The notes under the pieces were generated by a model. The model ran no database searches. It saw nothing but the letters and a program-made list of their open reading frames with translations, and was not told the DNA's origin. Positions 14,066-23,650 of a DNA stretch of 37,433 nucleotides are shown here, piece by piece. Source of the DNA: a virus (lineage: Duplodnaviria > Caudoviricetes); IMG/VR virus record IMGVR_UViG_3300011338_000534, positions 1 to 37,433 of that record. One strand, 5' to 3'. Position numbers and translations under genes: made by a program. How positions within the stretch are numbered: position 1 is the stretch's first letter; each line of letters opens with the position of its first letter.

Positions 14066-17000
14066 CTATCGCCGGATCACAAAAGCACGATAGGTTGCAT
14101 TAGCAGGGTCGATTGCCCCCGCTGTGGGATTGAACGCGGTGACAGTCACGGTGCCAGCCGATGACACCCGCCCAGTCAGCATCAGGCTATTATTAGCCGA
14201 TGAAGACACCGCGACAACCGCATCCTGCGTCGCCACGTCCGTGGCCGTAATGGTGAATTCGGTGCTTGCGCCCGCTGCGATGCTGCCAAGGTCCGTCGTC
14301 GTGTTGAACTCCAAAGCCGGACGCAGGGCCACGGTCCCGCCGCTAGTCGTGGTAGGCAACGTGCCGGACTTTTGCCAATAACGACCGCCGTTGGTTGGGT
14401 CCCACCAGAAATGCTCGCCCACCCCCAACTGGCTGCCGGAAAGCGTAAGCGGGACCAGAAACTGGGTGCTGGTCTGGATGAAATCCGTCGAGGCACTTTC
14501 CGTTTTGATCCGCCCAATCCACCGCTTTGAGGAGTTGGTGGTCTTCACCATGTAGCCGTGCGTGGTGTCGATGGTTTCAGCCACGGTAGAAGCGACAATC
14601 TTGGGAGTTCCGTCGTCGTCGTAGAGGTAGATGTTATAGAGCGTGTTTGCCGTGATGGCCGCGCCTTCATCATCTAGCGACGAGTTCAGTAGGGTAACGC
14701 CCGTGTTAGGGATGCGCCATTCCACCCACTCGCCCGTGCGTGATGCGACGCCACCAGCCACGGAGTTATCAGGCCCGCGCATCCGCAAAACGGTCTTGTT
14801 GCCGGTCGCAAAACCAGACGGAGGACCGAAAGTTACAGCCGTGGCTCCGGCATTGCGGAGGAGGCAATCGTCTTCGACCTGGTCGAACTGCCAACCGATA
14901 AACCGACGCTGTCCGGTGTAATCAAAATCATCCCAAAGCGTCGTGCGGACCCGGCAGCTATTGCCAGCCGCGTTCGTGCCCGCCAGCCGGAATGCAAAGC
15001 CCTCGCCAAGCCTTGCGCGGACCTTCGTATTGACCCACTGAACGCCGCGAATGGTGTAGTCCTGCGCGTCGAAATCGACACCGGCCCACGTCTTGTAGGA
15101 CTGGTTGCCGTGGAACTGGCAGACCTCAGAGCGCCAGTTGGTAATGCCCGTGCAAAAGACGTGGCGGCGATAGTTGTTTTCCCACGTCACAGCATGGGTC
15201 AAAACGCCGATGCCAAGGCCGGATTGCCCCTTAACAAAGAAGGCGCAGTTCTGGTTGACGGTGAAGCCGCACTGGTCTTGATGAACCAGTTGGCCTTTCC
15301 AGCGCATCCCACCGGACTGCGGTTCGTAATAACCGACCTCCGGGACGCTCACGCCGTTCTGTTTGTAATACGTCGCCTGAACCACGGCACCACCGCCCGC
15401 AGGGTCTGTCGACGTAGCCGCCGTCGAATGCGTGATGGTGTAGGTGTCGTCAGTCAGTTTGGTGACGCGGTATTCACCGGAAATGGTGATGCCACCCACC
15501 GCCGTAGCGCCGGAGAACGTCACCGTGTCCGTGCTGTCCGCACCAAACGCCGTGTCAGTCACCGTGACCAGTGTTGAACCGCTCGTAACCGAGAACGGGT
15601 TGTTATTGATCGTGACCGGAGACAGCGGGTTATAGAGCGCCCCGTATGACGTGCTATCGACCGCCACAACCAGCTGCATCCGAATATTGGAACCGCCGCC
15701 CGTGGCCGTGCTGGTCGCGTTGCTCGCCGCCGTAATGGTGAAGGTATTGACGGTCGGGGTGGCAACCACCGCATACATTTTGTCAATGGTCAGCCCGCCA
15801 ACCGCAGTGGCATCGCTAAACACTACAAGATTGCCAACGCTCAGGCCGTGTGATGCTGCCGTTACCGTGACCGTTGCAGAGCCACTAGTGGTGGCAAACG
15901 GATCAGTGCCAAGCGAGACGACAGAGCCAGACGCTTGATACAGCGAGAAGGTCGTCGCGGTCGGAGACGGGCCGACATATCGATCAAGCTCATTCAGGCC
16001 GGTCATCGGAGCGCGGAGCGTGACAGCCGCACCGCCACCCGTGGCAGAACCTGACGCGGCAGAGCTATGCAGGATCATGAAAGTGTTAGTAGTCGGGACT
16101 GCCGCGACCTGGTATGCCCCTGCAACCGTAATCCCACCCACCGCCGTAGCACCTGCGAAGAAGATATTATCCCCCTCAACAAACCCGTGCGCCGTGTCTG
16201 CAATCGTCACCGCCGCCGAACCGGCCACCGTCGTAATCGGGTCAGCCCCAAGCGTCACGGTAGAGTTAATGCCCCACAGCTTCACGCGGTCGCCCGGCAC
16301 GAAGATATGAGCGGAACGCTCAGGCGTCACAGTCGGGATTTGCAGGGGCGAAACCGTCACCACAGCCGGACTAGCGTTGCTAATCCCCGTGATGTGAAAA
16401 TACTCGTTCTTGCCGCAGCCCTGAATGAAGACGTGCTTCATGTGGGTGAAACTGCCCTCGTTGCGCGAGGCCGAGCCAGTGGCATCAATGCCCCACCCTT
16501 GGCAGCTTTCAATCCAAAGGCTTTCAAAAGCCATCATGTTCCAGCCGTCATCGGGGAAATCCCCGTTGACCATGACGATGGCCGATCCCGTCATGCCGCG
16601 AATGTGGCATTGCGAAATCTTGGACTGATAGACGTTGCGGAACTTGAACACGGACGAGTTAGCCACCGAACCGGAGCCAACAAACGCAATGTTCTCAACC
16701 AAAAGACCCTGCTGCGCCCGATAGGCGTAGGGGTCGGGATTGGTCACATCCACATCAAACGCAAAGCCATTCGGAACCATTGGGCGAATGACGGAAAGCG
16801 CCATGCCGTCACCGACAAGCCAGAGGCCGGGAGCAAACGCACCAGGGACTGCCGGAGGCTGCGGAACCTCGTCAATCAGCGGCACATCGTCAACGTGAAC
16901 CGTCGTCTTGATTGCGAAGGTGTAGCCGGACGGGACGATGATGGGGCGACCGTTGCCGAAGTCCACGGCTTTCTGAAACGCAGGGCCGTCATCGGTCACG

Positions 17001-17239
17001 CCGTCACCGACAGCGCCAAAGTCTAGGCGGATGTCCAGCGGAACGTCGGCTTGCATTTTGGCGTCAAGCGTAGTCGCTACAGCGTCTAAACTGTTTTGCT
17101 CAAACAACTGCATATAATCGCGGACATTTTCCCCATCGACCACTTCCAGCGGGTCCGACCCCCTCGCCGTGGCAAACAGGTCCGTGCCGAGCGTAGCGCC
17201 AGACCGAAGCGGAAGCTGCTGATAGGTTTTTCCAGCCAT
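14066..17239 (-). CDS. Tailspike/receptor-binding protein with a pectate-lyase-like beta-helix and inserted repeats
   Basis: DFGAVGDGVTDDGPAFQKA beta-helix cap; 1057 aa; three internal repeats of about 80 aa. Confidence 0.85.
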   Translation of the reverse strand: MAGKTYQQLPLRSGATLGTDLFATARGSDPLEVVDGENVRDYMQLFEQNSLDAVATTLDAKMQADVPLDIRLDFGAVGDGVTDDGPAFQKAVDFGNGRPIIVPSGYTFAIKTTVHVDDVPLIDEVPQPPAVPGAFAPGLWLVGDGMALSVIRPMVPNGFAFDVDVTNPDPYAYRAQQGLLVENIAFVGSGSVANSSVFKFRNVYQSKISQCHIRGMTGSAIVMVNGDFPDDGWNMMAFESLWIESCQGWGIDATGSASRNEGSFTHMKHVFIQGCGKNEYFHITGISNASPAVVTVSPLQIPTVTPERSAHIFVPGDRVKLWGINSTVTLGADPITTVAGSAAVTIADTAHGFVEGDNIFFAGATAVGGITVAGAYQVAAVPTTNTFMILHSSAASGSATGGGAAVTLRAPMTGLNELDRYVGPSPTATTFSLYQASGSVVSLGTDPFATTSGSATVTVTAASHGLSVGNLVVFSDATAVGGLTIDKMYAVVATPTVNTFTITAASNATSTATGGGSNIRMQLVVAVDSTSYGALYNPLSPVTINNNPFSVTSGSTLVTVTDTAFGADSTDTVTFSGATAVGGITISGEYRVTKLTDDTYTITHSTAATSTDPAGGGAVVQATYYKQNGVSVPEVGYYEPQSGGMRWKGQLVHQDQCGFTVNQNCAFFVKGQSGLGIGVLTHAVTWENNYRRHVFCTGITNWRSEVCQFHGNQSYKTWAGVDFDAQDYTIRGVQWVNTKVRARLGEGFAFRLAGTNAAGNSCRVRTTLWDDFDYTGQRRFIGWQFDQVEDDCLLRNAGATAVTFGPPSGFATGNKTVLRMRGPDNSVAGGVASRTGEWVEWRIPNTGVTLLNSSLDDEGAAITANTLYNIYLYDDDGTPKIVASTVAETIDTTHGYMVKTTNSSKRWIGRIKTESASTDFIQTSTQFLVPLTLSGSQLGVGEHFWWDPTNGGRYWQKSGTLPTTTSGGTVALRPALEFNTTTDLGSIAAGASTEFTITATDVATQDAVVAVSSSANNSLMLTGRVSSAGTVTVTAFNPTAGAIDPANATYRAFVIRR

Positions 17240-17919
17240 TACCTAACCTGCGGTGCGAGGGTCATAGAGAAGAAATCGACATCGAGCGACCGCGCGGCAA
17301 GCGATTTCGGAACGACGTGAAACCCTGGCAGAAGCGCGGTGGTATCAATGGGCATGTTGCCCGCCACTTGGATTTCCGCCCCGTTATTGACGGAGAACCC
17401 AAGCACCGTTGCGCTCACGCGGCGCAGTCGGAAGTTGACCCAAGCGTCAGCCGCCCCAGCAACGGTGGTGTCCGTCCGCGTCTCGACGCTGGAAACCCGC
17501 CCGACGCCGAACCAGTTTGTATCCGTCGCCAGCTTCTCAAAATACGCGCCGTTGGCCGCAGCCGCAGCCGTAAAATCGCTGGACAGCCCAATGCGGATGT
17601 CCATGTTGGCAATCGTCGTCGGGACGCGAACGACCCAGTTCATCTCGCGCAACTGGTCAAAGTTCATGTTTGGCGTCGCGCCGCCCCCGCCCGGATAGGC
17701 CGACGCAATAGCGTCAATTACAGCCGTTGAGGTCCGACGACAGATGCCGGGGTGATTGGTCACGGCGTTAATGAGGTTCCACGTTCCGCTGGTGAAGCCC
17801 CACCCAAGCTCACCAATCTCGCCCGCTTCCGTCGAGGCGAACATGAACTCATCAACCAGGATCGTAGATGCGCGGGAGTTAGCCGGGTCGCGAAACGGGG
17901 GAGTGAAAACAGGCAGCAT
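17239..17919 (-). CDS. Putative virion/tail-associated beta-rich protein
   Basis: 226 aa, TAATG-coupled to the tailspike. Confidence 0.65.
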   Translation of the reverse strand: MLPVFTPPFRDPANSRASTILVDEFMFASTEAGEIGELGWGFTSGTWNLINAVTNHPGICRRTSTAVIDAIASAYPGGGGATPNMNFDQLREMNWVVRVPTTIANMDIRIGLSSDFTAAAAANGAYFEKLATDTNWFGVGRVSSVETRTDTTVAGAADAWVNFRLRRVSATVLGFSVNNGAEIQVAGNMPIDTTALLPGFHVVPKSLAARSLDVDFFSMTLAPQVR

Positions 17920-17920
17920 C

Positions 17921-18292
17921 CTAGTTCCCCGTCACATAGACGATGTCACCCGCCGTGCCGATGATGTAGGCGGCGCTGGCGTTGCTGACCGGCAGGCTGA
18001 TGGTCGCTCCGGGCGGCACGGCAAAGCCGTTGCCCGAGCCGTCATCTGTCGCCGTGACGGTCGAACCGCCGACGAATACAGAGCCGACATTGGTGCTTTT
18101 CGCTCTGATGCAAAGCCCGTTCGCCAGCGCCTGCGCCGTCAGCGCGACCGCCGAAGCCGTCACGACTTGCTGATCAGAATAGACCGACGCGACCACGCCG
18201 CCGACGTTGGCCACCGACCCGTCAGCGTTAAGCACAACAACCGTTTCATCCACTTGCGTGTTTGTCGCGGGGAGAGGGAGAAGTCGAGACAT
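17921..18292 (-). CDS. Putative virion-associated protein
   Basis: 123 aa, A/V/T/S/G-rich; AAGGG SD. Confidence 0.65.
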   Translation of the reverse strand: MSRLLPLPATNTQVDETVVVLNADGSVANVGGVVASVYSDQQVVTASAVALTAQALANGLCIRAKSTNVGSVFVGGSTVTATDDGSGNGFAVPPGATISLPVSNASAAYIIGTAGDIVYVTGN

Positions 18293-18326
18293 GGTTTTTA
18301 TCCCTTCAATGGGCTATTGTTAGCAC

Positions 18327-18461
18327 ATGAAAGTGCTGAAAAACATCGTTTGGCTGGCGGTTTTTGCCACGATACTGGCAGCCGTGCATTTTTCGTCCAA
18401 AGCGTTTGCGACATGGCTTATCCCCCCTGTCCAGCCAGAATGGGCGCGATTCGACCACTGA
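18327..18461 (+). CDS. Antisense-oriented 44-aa membrane micro-protein (not in ORF track)
   Basis: MKVLKNIVWLAVFATILAAVHFSSKAFATWLIPPVQPEWARFDH; TATTGT at 18315-18320 lies 6 nt before the ATG; sits in an AT-richer gap. Confidence 0.55.
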   Translation: MKVLKNIVWLAVFATILAAVHFSSKAFATWLIPPVQPEWARFDH

Positions 18462-20613
18462 CCGGCACACCGCGAGTGGCTGGCGTCGGAGGCGTAGCTC
18501 CGAACGTCGTGCCAAGACGGACGATGGCTTCCCGGTCTGCATCGGTAAGGGTCGCCCCCCGACGAATCTTGCCGATCAGGCTCAGAACCACGCCGGAGAT
18601 GGAACGGGGCTGGTTTTCAATGGCATCCACCGCGCTAAGGCGTCCTGCCGTAGGAGAGCCGCGCGAGCTGTCCATGAAGTTGGCAATCCGCATCCGCTCG
18701 TTGAGCATCCCCAGCGCACCTTGGAAATCATCAACGACGGGCGCATCAAATGTTGCCCCCATGACGCGGCGAACATTGGCGGAATCGTTCGTGTTGAAAT
18801 ACCGGCTAGGCACCCCGCCACCCTCGACCATACCACCCAAGTCCTGCACGATTTGGTCGCGCATCCCGACTTGAGCGCCTTGGCGAGGCGTAGGCATGGC
18901 CCGGTTGGCAATAGCCGCCGCTTCCGCCGCCTGCTGCTCAAGGACGCCCATCTGATCGATGTAATCCGCAGGGCGAACACTGCCCGCGCTTTGACGGATG
19001 CCAGCCTGCCCCAGATCGACGCCTTCACCGGCCACGTTATAGCCTCGGAACGTCGCGCGAGCGGGAGCAAGGCTGGGCACCGCCTCAAGCGCCTGATTGA
19101 TAGCGCCTTGGCGAGCATACAGGTCTGCGCCTAGTTCGTCGTCAGGATTCTCAAGGCTCCGACGCGCATTGCGTGCAGCCGTGCCAAGGCGGCGCTGGAT
19201 ACGATCAAGCGCACCACCCGACACATCCACGGTGCCGGTGTTAGGGTCCACCAGATCGGCAATCTCTGCCGCCCTTTCAGGGAAGCGATACGCCGAAGCC
19301 CGACGCGCTGCCTCGACCTCACCCGGAACGCCTTGCAAGGCCCGTTCAATCTCATTCGTGATCGGAACCCGCTCCGCATACGGTCCCGCGTAATCCGTTG
19401 AGGCTAGGCCCTCCGACGTATCATCAAGGCCCTGCCGATATTGGACAGCCGAGCGCGTCTCGCCGGGGGTCAGGCGGTAGGCTTGATCGACGGCTTGGTC
19501 CTGCACGGAACCGGCGACCTCATCACGGTAGCGAGTGCCTGCCGTCATACCAGGTCCGGGGGCTTGTGCCGCACCGACAACCAGCATCCGCGTCCGCGTC
19601 GCGTTCGGCCCCACAATGTCCAGCAAGTTTGGGCTGATACCATACCGCATCGCATCGTTCATGGCGGTGCGGATTTGGTCAGGCGAGATGTTGTCAGCCC
19701 GCATGGCCTCGCTGAGACGCTGCAAGTTCCGCCGGTCAACGTCGCCGTTGAGTGCCGAAATGCGCCCGCCCGTCGCGCGATTGATAACGGCAGGGAGTTG
19801 GTCGAGGCCAACCGCCCTTGCCGTCGCCGTTGCAGCACCGGATGCAAGAGGAACACCGCCCCCTAATGCGCCGCCAATGACGCCGCCGCGCACGGTTCCG
19901 CCGACTTCATCGCCGGGGTTAGAGTTGAGAAGACCAGACACCGCACCGACCGGAGCGCCAGCAACCACGCCACGCCCTACGGCTGGCAGCAGCGTTTCCG
20001 ACGCCAGCAGGCCAGAACCCGCGCCGCGCGTCACAAAGTTACCAAGCTGGCTCATCCCCGGCGTTGCCATGCCGCCGAGCAAGCCTGAGCCAAGCGATGA
20101 AACAGGGCGTTCCGCCGCGTATTCCGATTGGGATTCGTTCTGGGCAATGCGGTCTGCCATGAAGGCATCGCTCATGCCGTATCCGGGACCATCGCCGAAA
20201 AGGTTTTGCAGCCCCGTCACGCCTGCGGCGATGCCAGCACCGGCCACCTTGTCCAACCCAAGCGTCATCGCATTGGTGGCATTGTCTGCAAAATCATAGT
20301 TGAGGCCGTCGCCTTCCGTTCCCGGAAGCGTCCGCATTTCGCCAACCGCCTCTTGCCGCGCCCGCGCGTCCTCAAGCGCCCTCTGTTGCGGACCCCACGC
20401 TTGCGTGAACTCAATAGCCGCCGCTTCCGAGACAGCCGGAACCCTTACCGTCCGGTCCCCGACCGTGACTTCATAGATACCGATTTCGCCACCATCGGGC
20501 GGGTTGAGCCTAGCCCATCGGCGAGCGGCTTCACGCGCAAGCGTTTCGTTCTGCTCTTCCAGCAGAATCGTGCGCCCGTCCTCAAGCGTGATTTCATAGA
20601 CCGGATCGCTCAT
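18418..20613 (-). CDS. Large DNA ejection/internal virion protein
   Basis: 731 aa, A/G-rich with GGxxG hydrophobic stretches; typical podovirus position. Confidence 0.7.
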   Translation of the reverse strand: MSDPVYEITLEDGRTILLEEQNETLAREAARRWARLNPPDGGEIGIYEVTVGDRTVRVPAVSEAAAIEFTQAWGPQQRALEDARARQEAVGEMRTLPGTEGDGLNYDFADNATNAMTLGLDKVAGAGIAAGVTGLQNLFGDGPGYGMSDAFMADRIAQNESQSEYAAERPVSSLGSGLLGGMATPGMSQLGNFVTRGAGSGLLASETLLPAVGRGVVAGAPVGAVSGLLNSNPGDEVGGTVRGGVIGGALGGGVPLASGAATATARAVGLDQLPAVINRATGGRISALNGDVDRRNLQRLSEAMRADNISPDQIRTAMNDAMRYGISPNLLDIVGPNATRTRMLVVGAAQAPGPGMTAGTRYRDEVAGSVQDQAVDQAYRLTPGETRSAVQYRQGLDDTSEGLASTDYAGPYAERVPITNEIERALQGVPGEVEAARRASAYRFPERAAEIADLVDPNTGTVDVSGGALDRIQRRLGTAARNARRSLENPDDELGADLYARQGAINQALEAVPSLAPARATFRGYNVAGEGVDLGQAGIRQSAGSVRPADYIDQMGVLEQQAAEAAAIANRAMPTPRQGAQVGMRDQIVQDLGGMVEGGGVPSRYFNTNDSANVRRVMGATFDAPVVDDFQGALGMLNERMRIANFMDSSRGSPTAGRLSAVDAIENQPRSISGVVLSLIGKIRRGATLTDADREAIVRLGTTFGATPPTPATRGVPVSGRIAPILAGQGG

Positions 20614-21551
20614 TGGACGCGCCTTACAGTGACATTGCTGCGACCAGATTGATTGCGGAGCCGCGCATTACCGCGTTCGCGCGTTCCCGCTTGAGAAAGG
20701 CGACCATCCGGGGTCACATACCAGTCGCCATCGGGAAGGCGCGTAACGTCGTAACCACGAGGCGGAACGCGCGGATTGTTCGGGCTTCCAAGGGGAGCCG
20801 TGCGGTTGCGACCCCTCATGCCTTCAATAAACGTGCGCTGCGCTTCCGTAGGCCGCACATTCGCGCGAGGCTCAGGCGAGCCAGCCTCAACGGGCGGCGG
20901 CTGATAGATATTGTTCCAGGCTTGTTCAGCCCCTTGCAAAGTGCCTCTTTGTGAAGCCCATGAATCCATGAACTCCGCTCGCAGTTGCGCTTCGCCCGCG
21001 CGAGAACGCCCGCGATTGATAACGGCCTCATTGGCTTGCGGGGTCCGACGAACGGACGGGACGGATTGGCCATAAAGCCGCTGTTCAAAGTCCGACGTTG
21101 CCCCAGAACCGGCAGGACGTTGAGCCGGGGTCAAGCGAGCGGTAATCTCCCGCATTTCGTCAATCTGCGGGTCATACGCAGCCACCGTGTCGGCAATCAG
21201 GCCACCGACCAACGGAAGAGACATCATGCCCCCGGTTTGTTGCTGGTCAGCCAGACGCGCAAACCGTTCCGTATCAGCAAGGTCCGTGCGGAGAGCGGCA
21301 CCCGTCCGGCGCATTTCGGCCAAGGCTTTTTGCTCTTGCACCGACAGTCCCGACACACGGCTAGGCGCACCACCGCGCGGCCCCATGCCGGTAATCAGCG
21401 AACCATCAGGCAAGCGGGTCAAGCCGCTAGGCGCTGATGCGGGCGCGGCAGACGGAGCCGGAGCGTCCATAAGATCAATGCGACCGTTGCGAACAATCAC
21501 TCGCCGCCCTTGATCGTCGGTTCCGGTACGGCCTTCAACAAGCTGCGGCAT
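20610..21551 (-). CDS. Putative DNA ejection protein
   Basis: Coupled start (TGATG at 21551); GATSDFE motif; position among the ejection genes. Confidence 0.65.
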   Translation of the reverse strand: MPQLVEGRTGTDDQGRRVIVRNGRIDLMDAPAPSAAPASAPSGLTRLPDGSLITGMGPRGGAPSRVSGLSVQEQKALAEMRRTGAALRTDLADTERFARLADQQQTGGMMSLPLVGGLIADTVAAYDPQIDEMREITARLTPAQRPAGSGATSDFEQRLYGQSVPSVRRTPQANEAVINRGRSRAGEAQLRAEFMDSWASQRGTLQGAEQAWNNIYQPPPVEAGSPEPRANVRPTEAQRTFIEGMRGRNRTAPLGSPNNPRVPPRGYDVTRLPDGDWYVTPDGRLSQAGTRERGNARLRNQSGRSNVTVRRVQ

Positions 21552-22252
21552 CAGTCCCACCTAACGGTTCCGGGGTTAACGGGCGCGGGGCTATTGCCGC
21601 GTGAACTTGGACGGGCAGGAGCGCGAGGGCGCGGAGGCGCACGGGTAGCGCCAGCAACACGCGAGCGGCCTTCGACATAGCCAGGAATAAGCTCTAGCCC
21701 GCCGTCCTCAGTCCAGCGCATACCTTCCGGCGCACGAGGCGGCTCCGGCTCAAACTGTTCCGCCCATCCAGCATTCGGCCCCGTCCGATAAATGCCTCGC
21801 GGGGTTTCAATGTAGGTTTCTTCGTTTCGGCCCGCCTCAGCTTCCGCCGCCGCATCCTGACGACGCCCGTAAGCCGTCATGAAACCTTCCGGGTTGACGT
21901 TAAAGAACAACTGATCCTGCGGCGACAGTTTCAGCGACTTGGCCAGCATATTGACCTGCTCACGCTGCCGCGCGGCCTCTTGCTCTTCCGCCGTTCCGTT
22001 TCGCGCTTCCTCGCGCTGCGCCAGCCGGTCTCCGCCGTTATCAATGTCCTGCAAGTTAGCGCCGAAATCGCCAAGCCGCTCAACAAAGCCGCCCGGCTGT
22101 TGCGCTTGGCGCATAAAGCCCATCAGACCGCCTTGCTCAACCGGCTCAGGTTTGGGCATGAGGGCGCTACCAGCATCAACCGGCACAGGAAATCCCGTCC
22201 CGCCTGCGCGGCCTTTTTGAAGCTTGGCAATGGCGTCAGAAAACAAGCCCAT
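21551..22252 (-). CDS. Putative DNA ejection protein
   Basis: MGLF start, Q/E/A-rich helical composition; coupled to both neighbours. Confidence 0.6.
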   Translation of the reverse strand: MGLFSDAIAKLQKGRAGGTGFPVPVDAGSALMPKPEPVEQGGLMGFMRQAQQPGGFVERLGDFGANLQDIDNGGDRLAQREEARNGTAEEQEAARQREQVNMLAKSLKLSPQDQLFFNVNPEGFMTAYGRRQDAAAEAEAGRNEETYIETPRGIYRTGPNAGWAEQFEPEPPRAPEGMRWTEDGGLELIPGYVEGRSRVAGATRAPPRPRAPARPSSRGNSPAPVNPGTVRWD

Positions 22253-23220
22253 CACAGTGCCCCATAATCGACGACGAGGAACCCGCCCGGACCGACCGAA
22301 GCGGCTTGCGGTTGTTCATCAGCCATGACGCCCACCTCAACATCGTCGCTCCAAAGGTAGTTATATGCATACCACCCATGACCCAGCGGAACAATGTTGC
22401 GCTTAAGGCGGCGGTCGGAGAACAGTTGTGCAAGAGCCGAAGCAATCTGGATTGCCTGACCCGCTTGCTCGGTCTTGGACGGTTCTGCCTTGTTGACCGT
22501 CATGCCCTTGGTATTGGACCCTTGGAACAAGCCAAACTGGTTCTGCGAGTTCAAAGCGCCGAGCGCCTGCAACATGGACAGATCAGCCGTGCGATAGTCC
22601 GCGTCGATGCCTCGCTGCGTCTCGCCAAGCCCCGCCATCAAGCCGACGTTAGAGCGCGTGTTTGCATCCTCAGCCGTGCCGATATTCGACAGCATCCCGC
22701 CCGCTTGCAGATTACGGCCTTGCGCGTCGCCGTAGTAGCCCATGCCGGTGTTATAAGCTTGGTCCCTAAGCTGAGCCTCCGCCCCGGCACGGCCTTGTGC
22801 TAGTTGCCCGCCAAGCATCCCCTCAGCCACGCCAAAGCGCGAGCCGCTGAAACCCTTGTTAGCCGCACCGCGAGCCGCTAGGGCCGCGCGTTGACGCCCT
22901 GCATCCTGGTCGTAGCCTTGCAGCGTCGTATCGACGACTTGTTGCGTGTAGGGCGACATGAAATCTTGCGGAGAGCCGTTATTGACCACCCCCCGCGCAA
23001 TACCAGCCGCCTCACCGAACAACGGAGAACCGGACATACCGCCCGCTTCCGCAAACGCCCGCTTTTGAAGATCAGACGACGGTGCAACCAGCGTCGTCGG
23101 GTCTTTCTGACCAAACTGCTGCACTCGCTGGCTGTAGCCTTGCAGGGCATCCGTCACCCATTGCGGGTTAGTCGGAGTGACGGTCTGGTTAGTCGTTTGT
23201 TTCGTGGATTTGCTGGCCAT
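22252..23220 (-). CDS. Ejection/pilot-like protein with a C-terminal peptidase S74-like chaperone domain
   Basis: Q/G/A-rich body, then FSDRRLKRNI...YAYNY...GVMADE...VDYG. Confidence 0.75.
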   Translation of the reverse strand: MASKSTKQTTNQTVTPTNPQWVTDALQGYSQRVQQFGQKDPTTLVAPSSDLQKRAFAEAGGMSGSPLFGEAAGIARGVVNNGSPQDFMSPYTQQVVDTTLQGYDQDAGRQRAALAARGAANKGFSGSRFGVAEGMLGGQLAQGRAGAEAQLRDQAYNTGMGYYGDAQGRNLQAGGMLSNIGTAEDANTRSNVGLMAGLGETQRGIDADYRTADLSMLQALGALNSQNQFGLFQGSNTKGMTVNKAEPSKTEQAGQAIQIASALAQLFSDRRLKRNIVPLGHGWYAYNYLWSDDVEVGVMADEQPQAASVGPGGFLVVDYGAL

Positions 23221-23221
23221 C

Positions 23222-23650
23222 TCACAAGTCCTTTACGAGCGTGACGGATTGGAACTTGTAACCGTCGTCTTTCATGGCCCGTTCCCACCCCTTGCGGCCC
23301 TCGATCAAAGCGCAAGAGCAACCATTTAGCCGCCCGAACGCCTCGACACCAAGCGCCATCTGGCGAAGCTCTGCCATGTCGCCGCCAGCTGTCAGCACGG
23401 AAATAGCCTTACCCTCTCCGAACGGAGCAATCTCAGTCACCATCGCGCACGTCTTGCCGGGCCAGAACATCGCACCCCGTTGAACCGCGCGAAGCACGTC
23501 AACCATCGTCAGCGGGCTATGCTCCAAGCCAGCCTCAAGCCATGCCTTGCACCGCTCAAACTGCGCCATCTCAGGCGAAGGCGCGTCAGGAACAAGCGTC
23601 AAGATTGCCTCAACGCCCATTGCCTCAAGCTCTTCGTTCAAACCGCTCAT
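23222..23650 (-). CDS. Conserved podovirus tail-region protein (GNAT-like fold suspected)
   Basis: AGGD..EL...EAFGR.NGC....EGRKGWER pattern; follows the tail nozzle gene. Confidence 0.65.
   Translation of the reverse strand: MSGLNEELEAMGVEAILTLVPDAPSPEMAQFERCKAWLEAGLEHSPLTMVDVLRAVQRGAMFWPGKTCAMVTEIAPFGEGKAISVLTAGGDMAELRQMALGVEAFGRLNGCSCALIEGRKGWERAMKDDGYKFQSVTLVKDL

Noticed and set aside
14066-17919. Diversity-generating retroelement acting on tail genes
   Set aside because: No reverse transcriptase and no template/variable repeat pair differing at adenines were seen.
16067-19134. Long plus-strand ORFs 16067-17026, 17756-18874 and 18364-19134
   Set aside because: They are antisense to well-supported structural genes and have implausible composition; only the short 18327-18461 ORF has supporting signals.
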